64,000 bases of DNA from contig VGXW01000001.1 in the NCBI GenBank assembly GCA_016873195.1, positions 4,645 to 68,644 on the forward strand. Reading direction: 5' to 3'. This DNA comes from Planctomycetota bacterium (GTDB taxonomy: Bacteria; Planctomycetota; UBA1135; UBA2386). Made by a program: the position numbers and the translations under genes. Shown here piece by piece: positions 61,926-64,000 of the stretch; position 1 is the stretch's first letter; each line of letters starts with the position of its first letter. A model generated the notes under the pieces. That model was not told the DNA's origin. It saw only the letters and a list, made by a program, of their open reading frames with translations, and ran no database searches.

Positions 61926-63238
61926 GACTGCACCTCCACGGCCTCTTCCTGCTGCCGCTGCACCTCGCGCCACGCGAACAGCGAGGCGCCGAGCGCTCCG
62001 GTGTAGATCGAGTCCGGCGAGATGTTCAGCGTGCGCTCGCCGTAGTTCTCCCGCACCAGGTCGCGCAGCGCCTTGACCGCGGCCGTGTTCTTGGCCACGC
62101 CGCCGGTGAACGTGAACTGCTCCTCGACGCCGCCCGAGCGGGCCAGCAGCGACATCGCGCGCAGCACGATCGCGCGGTGCAGGCCGGACAGGATGTCCTC
62201 GCGCTTCTCGCCGAGCGAAAGCCGTTCGCGCAGTTCGGCGCCCGCGAACACCGTGCAGGTCGAGTTGATGCGCACCGTGCGGCACGCCTTGCCGGCCATC
62301 GGGCCGAGCTCGTGCAGGCCCAGGTTCATCTCGTCGGCGATGTAGCCGAGGTAGCGGCCGCAGCCCGCCGCGCAGCGGTCGTTCATCTGGAAGCTCGTGA
62401 CGATGCCGTGCGCGTCGACCTGGATCGCCTTGGTGTCCTGGCCGCCGATGTCGAGCACGGTGCGCGTGTGCGGGAACATGAAGTGCGCGCCGAGCCCGTG
62501 GCACAGGATCTCGCTGCGGATCAGCTTCTCGGGGAACGGCAGCCGCTGGCGGCCGTAGCCGGTGCCGACGCTCATGCGCTGGCTCAGTTCGATCGCCATC
62601 ACCGCGGCGACCGCCTGCACGAGCGCCGGATCGCCGGCCCGCTGCATCGCCAGCCGCGCGTGGTCGGCAAAGGTGCCGACCGCCTCGGTCGAGTTCTCGG
62701 TCTCGAGGATCGCCTTGTCGAACAGGCCGACCAGCGGATCGAACGCGTGCACGTTGTCGCGCGCGAGGGCCTCGGCGAGCTCGACGTAGCGGCTGCCCGC
62801 GAGGTCGCGGAAGAAGTCGCTCTTGCGCGAGCTGCCGGGCTGGAACAGCGCGCCCGCCTCCTCGCCCATGCGGCCGAGGATGCGGTCGAGGGCCTTGCCG
62901 GTGTCCTTGCCGAGCCCGGTGCGCACGGCGTGGTGGTGCAGCCGTTCGCCGAGCGCCTTCAGCTGGCTCCGGTACTGCTGCTCGCGGAACGCGAGCTCGA
63001 ACGCCTGCAGCAGCTGCTGGCGGCGGGCTTCGGGCACGCCGGCCGAGGCCATGCGGCCGTCGATCAGCGCGAAGCGCGCGTTGATCAGCGCCTCGCCGAG
63101 CGCCACCTTGCAGGCGACGTCGTAGTTGCTGCGGCTGTTGGTGATGCCGCGGCCCAGGATCCTCTGGTCGGGGTCGAGCACGACCGCCTTGGTCGTGGTC
63201 GACCCGAGGTCGATGCCGACGCAGAACTCGATGCGCAT
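61922..63238 (-). CDS. bcrA: Benzoyl-CoA reductase subunit A (ATP-binding)
   Basis: MRIEFCVGIDLGSTTTKAVVLD...VLDIGGQDTKAIQV...NDRCAAGCGRYLGY; 438 aa. Confidence 0.85.
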   Translation of the reverse strand: MRIEFCVGIDLGSTTTKAVVLDPDQRILGRGITNSRSNYDVACKVALGEALINARFALIDGRMASAGVPEARRQQLLQAFELAFREQQYRSQLKALGERLHHHAVRTGLGKDTGKALDRILGRMGEEAGALFQPGSSRKSDFFRDLAGSRYVELAEALARDNVHAFDPLVGLFDKAILETENSTEAVGTFADHARLAMQRAGDPALVQAVAAVMAIELSQRMSVGTGYGRQRLPFPEKLIRSEILCHGLGAHFMFPHTRTVLDIGGQDTKAIQVDAHGIVTSFQMNDRCAAGCGRYLGYIADEMNLGLHELGPMAGKACRTVRINSTCTVFAGAELRERLSLGEKREDILSGLHRAIVLRAMSLLARSGGVEEQFTFTGGVAKNTAAVKALRDLVRENYGERTLNISPDSIYTGALGASLFAWREVQRQQEEAVEVQS

Positions 63239-63240
63239 GG

Positions 63241-64000
63241 TCAGGAACCCCCGGCGCGCTTCTGCGCGATCATCTGGAAGTAGGACTCGAGGCGGTTCTT
63301 GATGTTCGACGCCGAGAAGTAGCGCGGGTCGACGAGGTCGCTCTCGATGAAACCGCCGGGCCGGCCGGTGCGCTGCTCGACCTCGCGCAGGATCATCAGT
63401 TGGCCCGCGCTGAACGAGTTGCAGCTCTTGACCGAGTTGATCAGGAAGCCGTCGGCCGCGTAGTCCTGCACGTAGCGCGCCAGCATCTGCACGCGCGTCG
63501 GCAGGTTCAGGTTCGTGTAGCAGCCCATGCAGTAGTCGGCCAGTGTCTCGAGCGGGCGGCTCGGGTCGTGGCGGAAGCCGTTGTCGTAGACGCCGCCGAC
63601 CTTCGTGTAGGTCGAGGCGACGACGCAAGCACCCTCGTCGGTGAACATCTGCCAGAACTGGCGGAAGCTGGTCCAGTTCGGCGGCCCCTCGACGACCACG
63701 CGGTACTTCTCCTCGGTCAGCTCGCCGTCGGGGGTCACCGGGCCCTTGCCGAGCCGGATGCGTTCCTCGATCTCGCTGCGCAGCTCCCGGTAGTACTCGA
63801 TCGCGTCCTGCGTGCCGCGGAACGAGGTGAAGATCGGGCCGATGTAGTAGACGCCGCCGAAGTAGGCGTCGATCGGCGACGGCTTGCGTTTGCCGGTCTC
63901 GAGCACCCAGACGAGGTCGTCCTCGGCCTTCGCCGACCGCGCGAGCTGCTGCTTCAGCAGGTCCTCGTCGTAGGCACGGCCCGAGATCTTCTCGAGCGCC
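63241..64000 (-). CDS. bcrB: Benzoyl-CoA reductase subunit B, C-terminal part (5' end beyond window)
   Basis: The frame is open to the window edge. ...CYTNLNLPTRVQMLARYVQDYAADGFLINSVKSCNSFSAGQLMILREVE...SDLVDPRYFSASNIKNRLESYFQMI is typical of BcrB/BadE. Confidence 0.85.
   Translation of the reverse strand, partial: ALEKISGRAYDEDLLKQQLARSAKAEDDLVWVLETGKRKPSPIDAYFGGVYYIGPIFTSFRGTQDAIEYYRELRSEIEERIRLGKGPVTPDGELTEEKYRVVVEGPPNWTSFRQFWQMFTDEGACVVASTYTKVGGVYDNGFRHDPSRPLETLADYCMGCYTNLNLPTRVQMLARYVQDYAADGFLINSVKSCNSFSAGQLMILREVEQRTGRPGGFIESDLVDPRYFSASNIKNRLESYFQMIAQKRAGGS

Noticed and set aside
1-64000. Search for tRNA, rRNA, CRISPR arrays, integrase, transposase or IS terminal repeats
   Set aside because: By reading, there were no short direct-repeat/spacer arrays, no tRNA-like T-arm (GGTTCGAATCC-type) in the few intergenic gaps, and no recombinase-like translation in any supported ORF. 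A tRNAscan, Infernal or ISfinder run would be needed to be definitive.

Overview
This is a very GC-rich (about 70% by eye), densely coding bacterial chromosomal segment. I saw no rRNA, tRNA, CRISPR array, integrase or transposase. Most very long ORFs in the track (for example 22156..27651-, 16431..20207-, 38885..41794-) are Arg/Ala/Pro/Gly-rich antisense or out-of-frame artefacts of the base composition. I called genes only where the translation looks like a real protein family or has clear signal-peptide or membrane character.

Layout:
1. 1-2550: end of a 4-hydroxybenzoyl-CoA-reductase-type operon (hcrA', hcrB).
2. 2.5-7.1 kb: a small toxin-antitoxin/defence islet with three minus-strand cassettes (AbiEii/AbiEi; a minimal nucleotidyltransferase plus small partner; a COG2865-type ATPase). 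The cassettes are separated by decaying copies of the hcrB 3' end and a conserved junction module.
3. 7.2-20.4 kb: a PVM-like bacterial microcompartment (BMC) locus for fucose/rhamnose. It encodes class II aldolase, DeoR, PduL, three BMC-H, three BMC-P, a PduT-like BMC-T, acetate kinase, acylating aldehyde dehydrogenase, a PduS-like Fe-S protein, FucI and an FGGY kinase.
4. 20.4-25.4 kb: a HEAT-repeat protein, a CpcT-like protein and a 13-repeat secreted propeller-like protein.
5. 25.4-28.8 kb: a CheY / CheX-like / membrane CheA-type kinase module.
6. 29-37.7 kb: housekeeping genes (OmpA-like, TrmH, RarA, DUF72, PepP), small envelope proteins and a REC-CheX fusion.
7. 38-48 kb: a Wzy-type exopolysaccharide locus.
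8. 48.7-53.7 kb: a CHASE2 cyclase / SH3 / M48 / cNMP-binding MscS operon.
9. 53.8-56.7 kb: a TIM-barrel isomerase and HflKC.
10. 56.7-59.5 kb: a second TA/accessory patch (AbrB-type antitoxin plus Doc, a broken AAA ATPase, and an uncharacterised two-gene cassette).
11. 59.8-64 kb: GNAT, SDR and benzoyl-CoA reductase bcrD, bcrA and bcrB' (runs off the window).

Many adjacent genes overlap by 4 nt (ATGA/GTGA), consistent with translational coupling.

The best candidates for something undescribed are the repeat-delimited cassette array downstream of hcrB and the two-gene cassette at 57.9-59.5 kb.
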